A stretch of DNA of 64,000 nt from sequence record MW812341.1. One strand, given 5' to 3'. Shown here in pieces: positions 1 to 7,949 of this stretch. Position numbers and translations under genes: made by a program. The notes beneath the pieces were generated by a model. That model made no database searches and had not been told where the DNA came from. It worked only from the letters and a program-made list of their open reading frames with translations. The first letter of the stretch is position 1, and the number at the start of each line of letters is the position of its first letter.

Positions 1-41
1 AAAAAAAAAAAGAAAAACTCTACTCCCCGAAGGGAGTAGAG
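1..41 (-). terminator. Rho-independent terminator after major capsid gene
   Basis: 10-bp stem CTCTACTCCC/GGGAGTAGAG (18-41), UUCG loop on the minus strand, followed by a long U tract (1-17). Confidence 0.9.
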
Positions 42-79
42 AAATTCCACACGTAGGTCTCGAGAAGTCGAGTTACGTA

Positions 80-2401
80 TTAAGCGCCAGCGCCTGCACC
101 AGCTTGTGAGCCGGAGCCAGACTGAGTACCAGCACCAGAACCGCTAACGTCGCCAGCATTGCCACCAGGGGTGCCAGTCTGACCGTTAGAAGTAGTAGTG
201 ACGTTGTACGCCAGTTTGTTGGCAACCAGATCGGTGATACCTTTAACCCAAATCAGACCAGTGATTGGGCAGTGGCAGATGTGCGCGTTACGCGGCTGTA
301 CTGCCAGCTCTTTAGAGGTAGAACCGTTACGCTGGATGTTGATGTTGGTAACCATGATTGGAGACCAGAAGTGGTTACCCCAGTTCAGAACGCAGTAGCT
401 GCCTTCTTCGGTACCTTCAACTTTCAGAACCCATTGCAGACGACGAGTCCAAGAACCGTCAGCCTCGTTCTTGATGCGCCAGCGGTCATCGTTCGTGGTA
501 ACCACTTCGTATTCGTAGCGGTCGCCCAACAGACGAGTTTCACCCAGTTGCAGCAACAGCATTGCAGCAGTAGGTTCGTCAGTTGCGATGATAACTTTCG
601 GCACAGCTTGTGGGTTTGCAGTCAACAGACGCAGAGCAGGCATGTAACGGCTATCCTGGATAGCACGAGTTACCTGGTCAGCGATACGTTGCAGCAGCGC
701 CTGACGGGCGTTGATCAGCGCGTCTTTGGTTTCCAGAGACTGGACGATTTCGTCAACTTTGAAGTCAACTTCTTCGTACCATGGACGCACCCAGTGACGA
801 CCCAGACCACGGATAGCAGATTTGTCCCACTGAGTTACCAGGGTATCAACCGCTTGCTTAACCGCGTCGGTGTAGCTCAGAGTCTGAGTGATGGCCAGCA
901 TTTCGTTACGGATGTTAACCGCAGAAACCAGGTCATCCAGACGCTCAGCGTCGTCGTATTCAACGCCGACCGGAGTTTTGGTCATGATCGGAGAACCGTA
1001 TTGCAGCTTGTAGTTCTCTTGTTCCCAAACTGGGTCAAGCAACAGGCCCTGAGTACGGCGGTTTTCGTTGGTACGAGTACCGTCGAATTTCCAGCCCAGC
1101 ATTTCGATCTTCAGGTTGTCACGGATGGTTTTACCGGTACCGGTGTCCATAGACACTTCGTTACCAGCTGCGTCAACCAGCTCTTCAACATCCAGGCGTG
1201 CGCCGGAGATTTCGTACTGGCCAGAGCGCGGTCCGTTGGTGAACAGGCTCATGGAGATGTTGATAACGTAACGCAGAGTGTACTTGTTCTGCTCCAGCGC
1301 GGCGATTGCCGGGATGTCGTTACCTTTCCAGTCCAGAGACTTGCCGTTCAGTGCGAACTGAGTACGACGGAATTGCAGCACCAGCTCACGGCCATCACCT
1401 TCTGGAGGACGCTGGAAGCTTGCGAACTGCATGTCGCGGGTGTTCAGTTTGATCAGAGAACCGTCTTTAACGTCATCGGTCGGTTTGCGAACAGATACCA
1501 GGATGGTACCCAGCGCAGCACCCGGCGCGATTTCGTCAGTTTCGTCGTAGCCTTCAGCAACGATACCTGGGTGTGCAGAAAGACGGAACAGGTTGCCCTT
1601 CTCTTTCTTAATGTCCAGGAAGTTGGTTGGGTACGCAGGCACACGGCCCAGACGAACGGTTTCGTTGTCGATGATCAGGTCATCAACGAAGTATTCGGCG
1701 TTTTCACCGGTTTCCATCACGTAAGGCACGATGCGGATTGCGTCATCTTGCAGTACAGTGTGGTCGGTCAGTGCGTTGTGCAGTGGCTTACGATCGTCGA
1801 TGACGGAGTCTTTAGCCAGCAGTGCGTTCAGCACGCCGCGAGTTACGGTGGTGATTTTGGTACGCACGGTGATACCAACGTCGTTGGTTTCAACAGTGAT
1901 GGTTGGGAACAGGCGTTCTGCGAAAGCAGACTGAGTTTCCAGCGCACGTACGTTCAGGGTCCAAGTCAGACCGAGGTTTTTATCCAGGTCTTTGTTGGTG
2001 TAATATTCGGTCGCTACCAGTGGCGTTTTGCCGTAGTCAGCGTTCAGGGAAGCCTGGCCAGGGATGGCAGTTTCCATATAGCTGTTCCAGCGCTTGTCGT
2101 TAGACTCGCGAGCTGGCTTAGCCATAAACTCTTCTTCGTTACCGGCAGCGGCCAGAATCATTGCAGAAGCCGTACGCGCTGCATGAGACAGGGTTTTGCC
2201 AGCGAACACATTACCGAACGCCTGGTCAGCACCAGTTGCAACCTGGTTGAACTGTTGACTTACTTTACTGCCGCGAATAGATTCACCAGCAACGATAGTG
2301 GACCACAGATCTTTAGTGGAGTTCTGCACTGACGCATTAGTAACGAGTTGGTTACCCTGCTCAATCAGCTTCTCCATATTGGAGATACGAGTTTCTTTCA
2401 T
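80..2401 (-). CDS. Major capsid protein (phiKZ gp120 / SPN3US gp75-like)
   Basis: 773 aa, strong codon bias, N-terminal AGE-S processing-type motif, next to the DnaB-like helicase as in phiKZ-like phages, strong terminator. Confidence 0.85.
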   Translation of the reverse strand: MKETRISNMEKLIEQGNQLVTNASVQNSTKDLWSTIVAGESIRGSKVSQQFNQVATGADQAFGNVFAGKTLSHAARTASAMILAAAGNEEEFMAKPARESNDKRWNSYMETAIPGQASLNADYGKTPLVATEYYTNKDLDKNLGLTWTLNVRALETQSAFAERLFPTITVETNDVGITVRTKITTVTRGVLNALLAKDSVIDDRKPLHNALTDHTVLQDDAIRIVPYVMETGENAEYFVDDLIIDNETVRLGRVPAYPTNFLDIKKEKGNLFRLSAHPGIVAEGYDETDEIAPGAALGTILVSVRKPTDDVKDGSLIKLNTRDMQFASFQRPPEGDGRELVLQFRRTQFALNGKSLDWKGNDIPAIAALEQNKYTLRYVINISMSLFTNGPRSGQYEISGARLDVEELVDAAGNEVSMDTGTGKTIRDNLKIEMLGWKFDGTRTNENRRTQGLLLDPVWEQENYKLQYGSPIMTKTPVGVEYDDAERLDDLVSAVNIRNEMLAITQTLSYTDAVKQAVDTLVTQWDKSAIRGLGRHWVRPWYEEVDFKVDEIVQSLETKDALINARQALLQRIADQVTRAIQDSRYMPALRLLTANPQAVPKVIIATDEPTAAMLLLQLGETRLLGDRYEYEVVTTNDDRWRIKNEADGSWTRRLQWVLKVEGTEEGSYCVLNWGNHFWSPIMVTNINIQRNGSTSKELAVQPRNAHICHCPITGLIWVKGITDLVANKLAYNVTTTSNGQTGTPGGNAGDVSGSGAGTQSGSGSQAGAGAGA

Positions 2402-2402
2402 T

Positions 2403-2942
2403 TCAAAGTACCTTGTTAAGTAAATGACATGCGTATAATTGCGTCAGCACTTCATGAGCAGCAAACTGCGTTGATGTACTGAATGAATCGTCGACAACGC
2501 GGGTTTTTGTACGCACATATTTAAAAAGTTCTGCGCAGAACATCTTTTTCGCAGCGTGTTGTTCGTCCAAAGTAAAACCGGGTTTATCCGGCTTCGCTTC
2601 GGCGAGCGACGCCACAATCACATCGTTACGCTGAGTGAACACCCAACGAAGACGACCGGCGAACGCTTCCCCATATAAATCAGCAAGGGATTCGTTCGAA
2701 CCTTTTTGCACCAAGTTTAACACTTGGTCATAATATTGACCTGGAAGCACCGGAGGAGCCATCAACGATTTATAGATAGCGACTGAGGAGCAGTCCGGGA
2801 GGATAGCGGAGCTAAACCGTACGGGAGCGCAGTCATATAACCAGTTAAAGAATTCAGCTTGCAGCGTTTCTAACTTTTTAACGCTGGCCACTTTATCTAT
2901 GTTAGGTTGAACTTCCCACGGTGGGCTAAAACGAATTCGCAT
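2403..2942 (-). CDS. Conserved hypothetical/structural protein upstream of capsid gene (probable start 2942)
   Basis: ORF track gives 2403-2993; GGAG Shine-Dalgarno 9 nt before the ATG at 2942; abuts the capsid gene. Confidence 0.7.
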   Translation of the reverse strand: MRIRFSPPWEVQPNIDKVASVKKLETLQAEFFNWLYDCAPVRFSSAILPDCSSVAIYKSLMAPPVLPGQYYDQVLNLVQKGSNESLADLYGEAFAGRLRWVFTQRNDVIVASLAEAKPDKPGFTLDEQHAAKKMFCAELFKYVRTKTRVVDDSFSTSTQFAAHEVLTQLYACHLLNKVL

Positions 2943-2955
2943 TGAAGGATGCTCC

Positions 2956-4521
2956 ATGAATAGTAAAATGATGTTGATAACAGCCTTGGCCACCCTCTAC
3001 GCAGAAAGCTTTATGACTGACGCAAATAAAGATCACGACGTCATAAGAAAAGTTTTGCTTGAGGTGAAGCTGCCGGAGTATATCGACGACAGCGATGAGC
3101 GATCAGCGTTAGCTGAGATCAAGGACATTATTACATTAATCATTGACGGCGGTATGAAGTACCAACACAGCACCGTCATGAAGCGAATTAAACTCGCTAC
3201 TACGCAAACCGGCTCTCTATACGATACGATACAGAGATTCCTTGAGGACGGTGTCCCAACCAAGGAAGAAGAGTTAGAAGACTTCTTCACCAAGCAGCAG
3301 CAGGATTGCTATTTCCAATTGCGCCAAGCTTTGCAGGGCGTTCAATTGAAGCAAAAGCTAGGGCGCACCCTAGGCGTTCTGAACGGCACAGAGTCTCGTG
3401 TAGACCTGTTGACAGCGATTGGCGAACTCCAAGGATCGCTAACCACGTTCAGCGAACGTCCTCATAATAAGATTCCTTCACAAGTTGGCAAATTAATTAC
3501 AACTAACCGCGCTCCATTTGTGAAGAAATTCAGCGACATTAACAAGAAGGTTGCAGGTAACGGTCTGCGTACCGGCTGGAAGGCCGTGAACCAAATGACC
3601 GGTTGTAACAACGGGATTACCGAAGAACTTTGGTTGATGCCTGCGTTGCCTTTTAACTGTAAATCACTGTTTAGTTTGTTAACGGCTATCTCTATACCAT
3701 TGTTCAATACGCCTGAGAAAGTCATGGCGGATGTGAAGGGTGACCTGATGCCGTTGATTCTCGACCTGTCACTCGAGAACGAATTGGATGTAAACATTGC
3801 CTACGCTTACCAGGCAATCTACGGTCACTTTGAAGGCCGTGCACCAACAATGACTCTGCCAGAATCTGCCACGGAAGAAGAACGTCAAGCACACGTCACT
3901 TACATGGCAAACTACCTGGTCGATAAGATTCGTGCAAACGGTTGGGAATACTCTTTCGAGAAGCACACCAACACCGACTTCAAAGTGCATTACCTGAACG
4001 ACTTGATTAGTGATTACAAACGCGAAGGCTTCCATGTGGTTGGAATGCGTGCTGACTACCTCGGTACAATTAACAAAGCCGGACACGGTAACGGTATCGT
4101 TGGTAGCGATATCAAAGAAATCTACCGTATCGCGCGTAACATCCAGGTAGTCCGTAACCACGGCTTCCTGCTGGCACCACACCAGATTTCCCCAGAAGGG
4201 AAACGATTGAAGGCTGCTGACCCTGTTGGTTTCTGTAAGAACCTACCAGGTCGTGGTCTGTACGACACCTGTACCAGTTTGGATAACGAGGCCGATGGTG
4301 AGTTCTACTTCAACAAGCGTGTTGTAAGTGGCCACAGCTTCCTCGAAGTACAGCGTGGGAAACACCGTACGATTATTGACACCCCTGAAAAATATCACTA
4401 TACCGTTTTACCTTTTGCTGACGTTGGTATCCTACCTTGGGATTGCGACAAAGAAATGACAGTATCTGCTTCGAGCATTAACCACTTTACCGGTGGCATG
4501 GGCGACGACCTGTTTGGCTAA
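2956..4521 (+). CDS. dnaB: DnaB-like (SF4) replicative helicase
   Basis: 521 aa; NGLRTGWKAVNQM, variant Walker A (ALPFNCKS), Walker B-like MRADYL, LAPHQIS, EVQRGKHR motifs; synteny with capsid gene. Confidence 0.8.
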   Translation: MNSKMMLITALATLYAESFMTDANKDHDVIRKVLLEVKLPEYIDDSDERSALAEIKDIITLIIDGGMKYQHSTVMKRIKLATTQTGSLYDTIQRFLEDGVPTKEEELEDFFTKQQQDCYFQLRQALQGVQLKQKLGRTLGVLNGTESRVDLLTAIGELQGSLTTFSERPHNKIPSQVGKLITTNRAPFVKKFSDINKKVAGNGLRTGWKAVNQMTGCNNGITEELWLMPALPFNCKSLFSLLTAISIPLFNTPEKVMADVKGDLMPLILDLSLENELDVNIAYAYQAIYGHFEGRAPTMTLPESATEEERQAHVTYMANYLVDKIRANGWEYSFEKHTNTDFKVHYLNDLISDYKREGFHVVGMRADYLGTINKAGHGNGIVGSDIKEIYRIARNIQVVRNHGFLLAPHQISPEGKRLKAADPVGFCKNLPGRGLYDTCTSLDNEADGEFYFNKRVVSGHSFLEVQRGKHRTIIDTPEKYHYTVLPFADVGILPWDCDKEMTVSASSINHFTGGMGDDLFG

Positions 4522-4530
4522 GAAGCCATC

Positions 4531-4550
4531 TGCCGACCTTCGGGTCGGCA
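4531..4550 (+). other. UUCG stem-loop 3' of helicase (RNA stabiliser or processing hairpin)
   Basis: TGCCGACC-TTCG-GGTCGGCA, no U tract directly after. Confidence 0.6.
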
Positions 4551-4572
4551 CAGGGGAGTTATGCGTATTGAC

Positions 4573-4635
4573 AAAAAAAAATAAGTAGCACCAACTCATC
4601 CCCCTTTCGGAGGATGAGCCAGTATATTTTTTTTT
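4573..4635. terminator. Bidirectional terminator between convergent genes
   Basis: A tract, CTCATCC...GGATGAG stem, T tract. Confidence 0.75.
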
Positions 4636-4948
4636 AAGCGCGGGCTAACGTAACCTGAGAGAGTGTGTCCATGTACTTGGAAAAGCCCAAGTCATCAGCG
4701 TACGCTTCGATGGTTTCGTAACCCTGAATACCACGGCCACTGACCTGTATCCCTTTACCGTACTTACGATGGAACGGGGAGTTCTTCCGTCCGTAGTAAT
4801 AATAAACTTTGCGGTAGCTGACGGTTTCATCACCGACCACACGGTCAGTCCATACGGTATACGGTTCAATCAGATGGTAACGTTTACGGCCAAACATTTT
4901 ATTCTTTAGGTGTGCCAGTACAGTCTTATACTTCTTCTTCAGTTGCAT
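4634..4948 (-). CDS. Hypothetical protein (basic, 104 aa)
   Basis: ORF coupled to the upstream gene, ends at terminator. Confidence 0.7.
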   Translation of the reverse strand: MQLKKKYKTVLAHLKNKMFGRKRYHLIEPYTVWTDRVVGDETVSYRKVYYYYGRKNSPFHRKYGKGIQVSGRGIQGYETIEAYADDLGFSKYMDTLSQVTLARA

Positions 4949-5654
4949 TTTCTTCCTCAGGTGCGAATGGGATGAACTCCTGGATAGCGTTGAACTCTTC
5001 CAGCTTTTCGTTGACGAGCTTCACGGTGTTTTCATCTTCGAAGCCAACGTCGATGAAAGTGCCGAGTTTGTAGTTGTTACGCTCAAGGCTGATGAAGTAG
5101 CGGACTTTCTCCACGCCCCAGTGGGCAGTGACGGTCAGACCAATGCCTTCGTACTTGCCGTAAGCAGAATGGGAACTCATGATTGGGTGCACATGCCAGA
5201 GTTCGCTGGCCACGATAATGGTTTCGTTTTCAGAGATTGGTGCGTTCGGGGTCAGCTTGGTGTCTTTCGGGTCGGCAACCAGACGGGCTTTCACGCGGTC
5301 TTCTTCGTAACCTTCCATGGCGTTTAACAGACGGGTCATTTCAATCAACTCGCCCAGATAGGCGATACGCTGCTGGACATCGTGAACCATACAGACAACG
5401 TACGACATCAAGTGACTGATGGTGCTGTAGCCTGCGCGCATATTGCCTTCAATGAAGACCTTCGGATAACTATCTTCATTGTTCTGGCAGCTAGAGCCCG
5501 CGACACCAACGTCTTTCAACAAACCGAGGAAGTACACAGTGTCGGACGTGATTACACGTTGAATCTTAAAGTTCTCGGTAGCAATGAGGTCGACGTATTC
5601 GCCTTTCAGTTTCGGGAAGGTAACGGACGGATTAAAGTGAGCGAGAGTTAACAT
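4926..5654 (-). CDS. Hypothetical protein (~242 aa)
   Basis: ORF track 4926-5678; AAGGA SD favours ATG at 5654. Confidence 0.75.
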   Translation of the reverse strand: MLTLAHFNPSVTFPKLKGEYVDLIATENFKIQRVITSDTVYFLGLLKDVGVAGSSCQNNEDSYPKVFIEGNMRAGYSTISHLMSYVVCMVHDVQQRIAYLGELIEMTRLLNAMEGYEEDRVKARLVADPKDTKLTPNAPISENETIIVASELWHVHPIMSSHSAYGKYEGIGLTVTAHWGVEKVRYFISLERNNYKLGTFIDVGFEDENTVKLVNEKLEEFNAIQEFIPFAPEEENATEEEV

Positions 5655-5677
5655 GATAATTTTCCTTGTGGGTAACA

Positions 5678-5705
5678 AAAAATAAAGCCACCCGAAAGTG
5701 GCTTA
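5678..5705 (-). terminator. Putative terminator
   Basis: AAGCCAC...GTGGCTT stem with A tract on the left. Confidence 0.55.
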
Positions 5706-5906
5706 ATAGATTTCCTGGAAAGGAATGAGTGAAGCCTGGATTGACTCCACTGGATTGCTTGTACAGGCACTGACATACACCGCATCCTCATCAATCTGCG
5801 GGACGCGATGGACGTACACCTCAGCCGCACGAGAACCGGTCATGGTAGAGCGACGCTCGTGGGTATCGTGTTTGGGGGTGAACAGGTAGTCAAGTTCAGT
5901 CGACAT
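5703..5906 (-). CDS. Small hypothetical protein (67 aa, MSTELDYLF...)
   Basis: Start overlaps the stop of the upstream gene (TAATG) inside ORF 5703-5990. Confidence 0.6.
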   Translation of the reverse strand: MSTELDYLFTPKHDTHERRSTMTGSRAAEVYVHRVPQIDEDAVYVSACTSNPVESIQASLIPFQEIY

Positions 5907-6046
5907 TAGCCGCGTCCTGTGCATTGTGCAGCAGAGTTGCCATTGTCCAGGCATTTGGTGTAATCTTTGTTCAGGGTGATGTAAGAACATGCCAGTGTGA
6001 TGACAACTGCGATAACAATGATTGCGCGTTTGTGGAAGATAGTCAT
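5906..6046 (-). CDS. Small membrane/secreted protein (46 aa)
   Basis: AAGGA SD before ATG 6046; basic N-terminus, hydrophobic AIIVIAVVITLAC, then a Cys pair. Confidence 0.7.
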   Translation of the reverse strand: MTIFHKRAIIVIAVVITLACSYITLNKDYTKCLDNGNSAAQCTGRG

Positions 6047-6103
6047 GATAGTATTCCTTGATAGTCGAAGTTGGTTTGGGGGCCGTATGACCCCCACGAT
6101 TAA

Positions 6104-6655
6104 TTAGTTAGTTTCAGACAGTTCTGGGCGACCGAGTACAGGCAATGCAGTTAAGATGTTTGCCATTTCAATCTGGAAGCTATTACCGTTAGCGGTGAAG
6201 ATTTCGCCACCGTGTGTCAGGCACAGGTCGAATTCTTTCTGCTCTGGATTGTCCAGTTCAGTTTCGCTGACCATGGCCATATTGATGTCGTTGGCACGTT
6301 TAGTCATTTTCATGATTGCGGAAATCTGACCAGCCACATCGTTAATGTTTTCTGGCTCAACCATACCCTCTGTAGTCACACGTACCAGGTGACGGTACAG
6401 CGCTTGCAGAGTGAAGCGGTCTTCGAATGCTAAGTACAGCATCGCTTGACGGTATGCGGTATCCAGTGCAATCTGGATGTTCAGCTCGATGTTGTCCATC
6501 ACATTGTGGATGTGTTTCTGTGCGATAACTTTATCGCCCCAGTTGATGGTAACGCCACGGTCAGTAACAGTGACCACGAACGGTGAGAATTTAGGAGTGA
6601 TGATTTCGACGATGTTGGTACCGAAGTTGATTACGTTGCGTGGGGTAGTTTTCAT
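6104..6655 (-). CDS. Hypothetical protein (183 aa)
   Basis: ORF with AAGGA SD in a repeated leader. Confidence 0.8.
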   Translation of the reverse strand: MKTTPRNVINFGTNIVEIITPKFSPFVVTVTDRGVTINWGDKVIAQKHIHNVMDNIELNIQIALDTAYRQAMLYLAFEDRFTLQALYRHLVRVTTEGMVEPENINDVAGQISAIMKMTKRANDINMAMVSETELDNPEQKEFDLCLTHGGEIFTANGNSFQIEMANILTALPVLGRPELSETN

Positions 6656-6677
6656 GATAATATTCCTTGATGGTCGA

Positions 6678-6863
6678 TTAGTTTAAGGTGAACAGTTGTT
6701 TGCGTAACTCAGCGGCTTTAACAGTATCACCGGCTTTGGTGGCTGTCATCATCTCATCGATGAGCTTCTTACGATTGTCCATGACATTAAGTTGGGCAAT
6801 GATTTTGTTGCTGGTATCACTACCATCTTCCAATGGCTGGTAACTCTGACGTAATGTGCTCAT
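6678..6863 (-). CDS. Small hypothetical protein (61 aa, helical)
   Basis: AAGGAG SD; first gene after an early promoter. Confidence 0.75.
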   Translation of the reverse strand: MSTLRQSYQPLEDGSDTSNKIIAQLNVMDNRKKLIDEMMTATKAGDTVKAAELRKQLFTLN

Positions 6864-6917
6864 GAGATGCTCCTTGATAGTCGGCTAAGTAAAAGATTAA
6901 TACTCTAATCTCACCTA

Positions 6918-6943
6918 GGTAATATATATCTGAAATCTTTTTT
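6918..6943 (-). promoter_or_regulatory. Early (virion-RNAP) promoter motif
   Basis: Minus strand AAAAAAGATTTCAGATATATATTACC; contains the phiKZ early core TATATTAC. Confidence 0.75.
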
Positions 6944-7098
6944 AATCAAACTACGGCGTAATACCCTCTATAACGCTCTCAGACGCTCTCTAAGCGCTTC
7001 GTAGCGTTAAGACGATGAAATACCTGCAAAAGACTATACTGTCCACAGAAGCGTTTTTAATAAGAATACCTGACCCCACGAGGAGGTCAGGCTGTTCC

Positions 7099-7908
7099 TT
7101 AGCCCTGCTGTGTCAGATACGGCACATCAGGTTCGCTCATGCCGTTCAACGCATGAATGACAATACGCTGCTCACTGACTGCGTGAATCGCGTCTTTCGC
7201 AAACAGACCGTAGTCTTCTGCGACCGGCAAAGTACATTCATTATCGAACGGCCCCAGGATCTGAGCCGGGTGTGGTACGTAAGAGTTGAACGTGATCAGG
7301 TTGCCGTACTGCACCACCGGATACACTTCATTGAAGTTGTTGGACAGCTCACGCGTAACAGAACGAGCAACAAAGCGAGCAACAGCTCGCAGGGCTACGG
7401 TGTTCTGTGGGTCGCGGGATTCTCCAATCTTCACGAAGCGATACATGTTCCACTCAGCCTCACCTTCCAGCTCTGCTTCTGCTTCGGAAGCCAGCTGCGG
7501 GGTGATGCGTTCCACATAACGCGGATACGTTGCTGGATCACCGACAACCATTCCTTCTGACAGCTTCTGGTGGAAGTAGTAGATGTAGTCAAATTCGTAC
7601 TGCCCGTTCAACGCCATCCACAGGGGCAGCGTGGTCATGCAGTGAATGAACAGCAAGTTACCCACAGTGCCTTTATCGGCAATGGCCAAACGCACACACT
7701 TCTCTTCGCCGTCGTGACGGTGAATGATAGAGATGGTCTGGTCAAGGTTGGTTGCCATCACGTACATGAGTTCGACGGTGCCGGTCTGCGGCAATGCTTT
7801 AGCCATGCGATCCCACAGACGGGCTGGCTTGCTAAAGTTCGCGGCTTCATGCGCGTCGATTGCCTGAATCAGTTGACCAGGCATACGGAGAGTGAAAACA
7901 GATTTCAT
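7099..7908 (-). CDS. Hypothetical protein (269 aa)
   Basis: ORF with AAGGA SD, followed by CCTGACC/GGTCAGG hairpin. Confidence 0.75.
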   Translation of the reverse strand: MKSVFTLRMPGQLIQAIDAHEAANFSKPARLWDRMAKALPQTGTVELMYVMATNLDQTISIIHRHDGEEKCVRLAIADKGTVGNLLFIHCMTTLPLWMALNGQYEFDYIYYFHQKLSEGMVVGDPATYPRYVERITPQLASEAEAELEGEAEWNMYRFVKIGESRDPQNTVALRAVARFVARSVTRELSNNFNEVYPVVQYGNLITFNSYVPHPAQILGPFDNECTLPVAEDYGLFAKDAIHAVSEQRIVIHALNGMSEPDVPYLTQQG

Positions 7909-7949
7909 TACTTAACGTGTCCTTATGGTTGCTTCGACATACATTAGAG

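Noticed and set aside
272-2332. 686-aa + strand ORF antisense to the capsid gene
   Set aside because: Antisense shadow of a codon-biased gene; the sequence is not protein-like (V/F/Q-rich) and has no SD.
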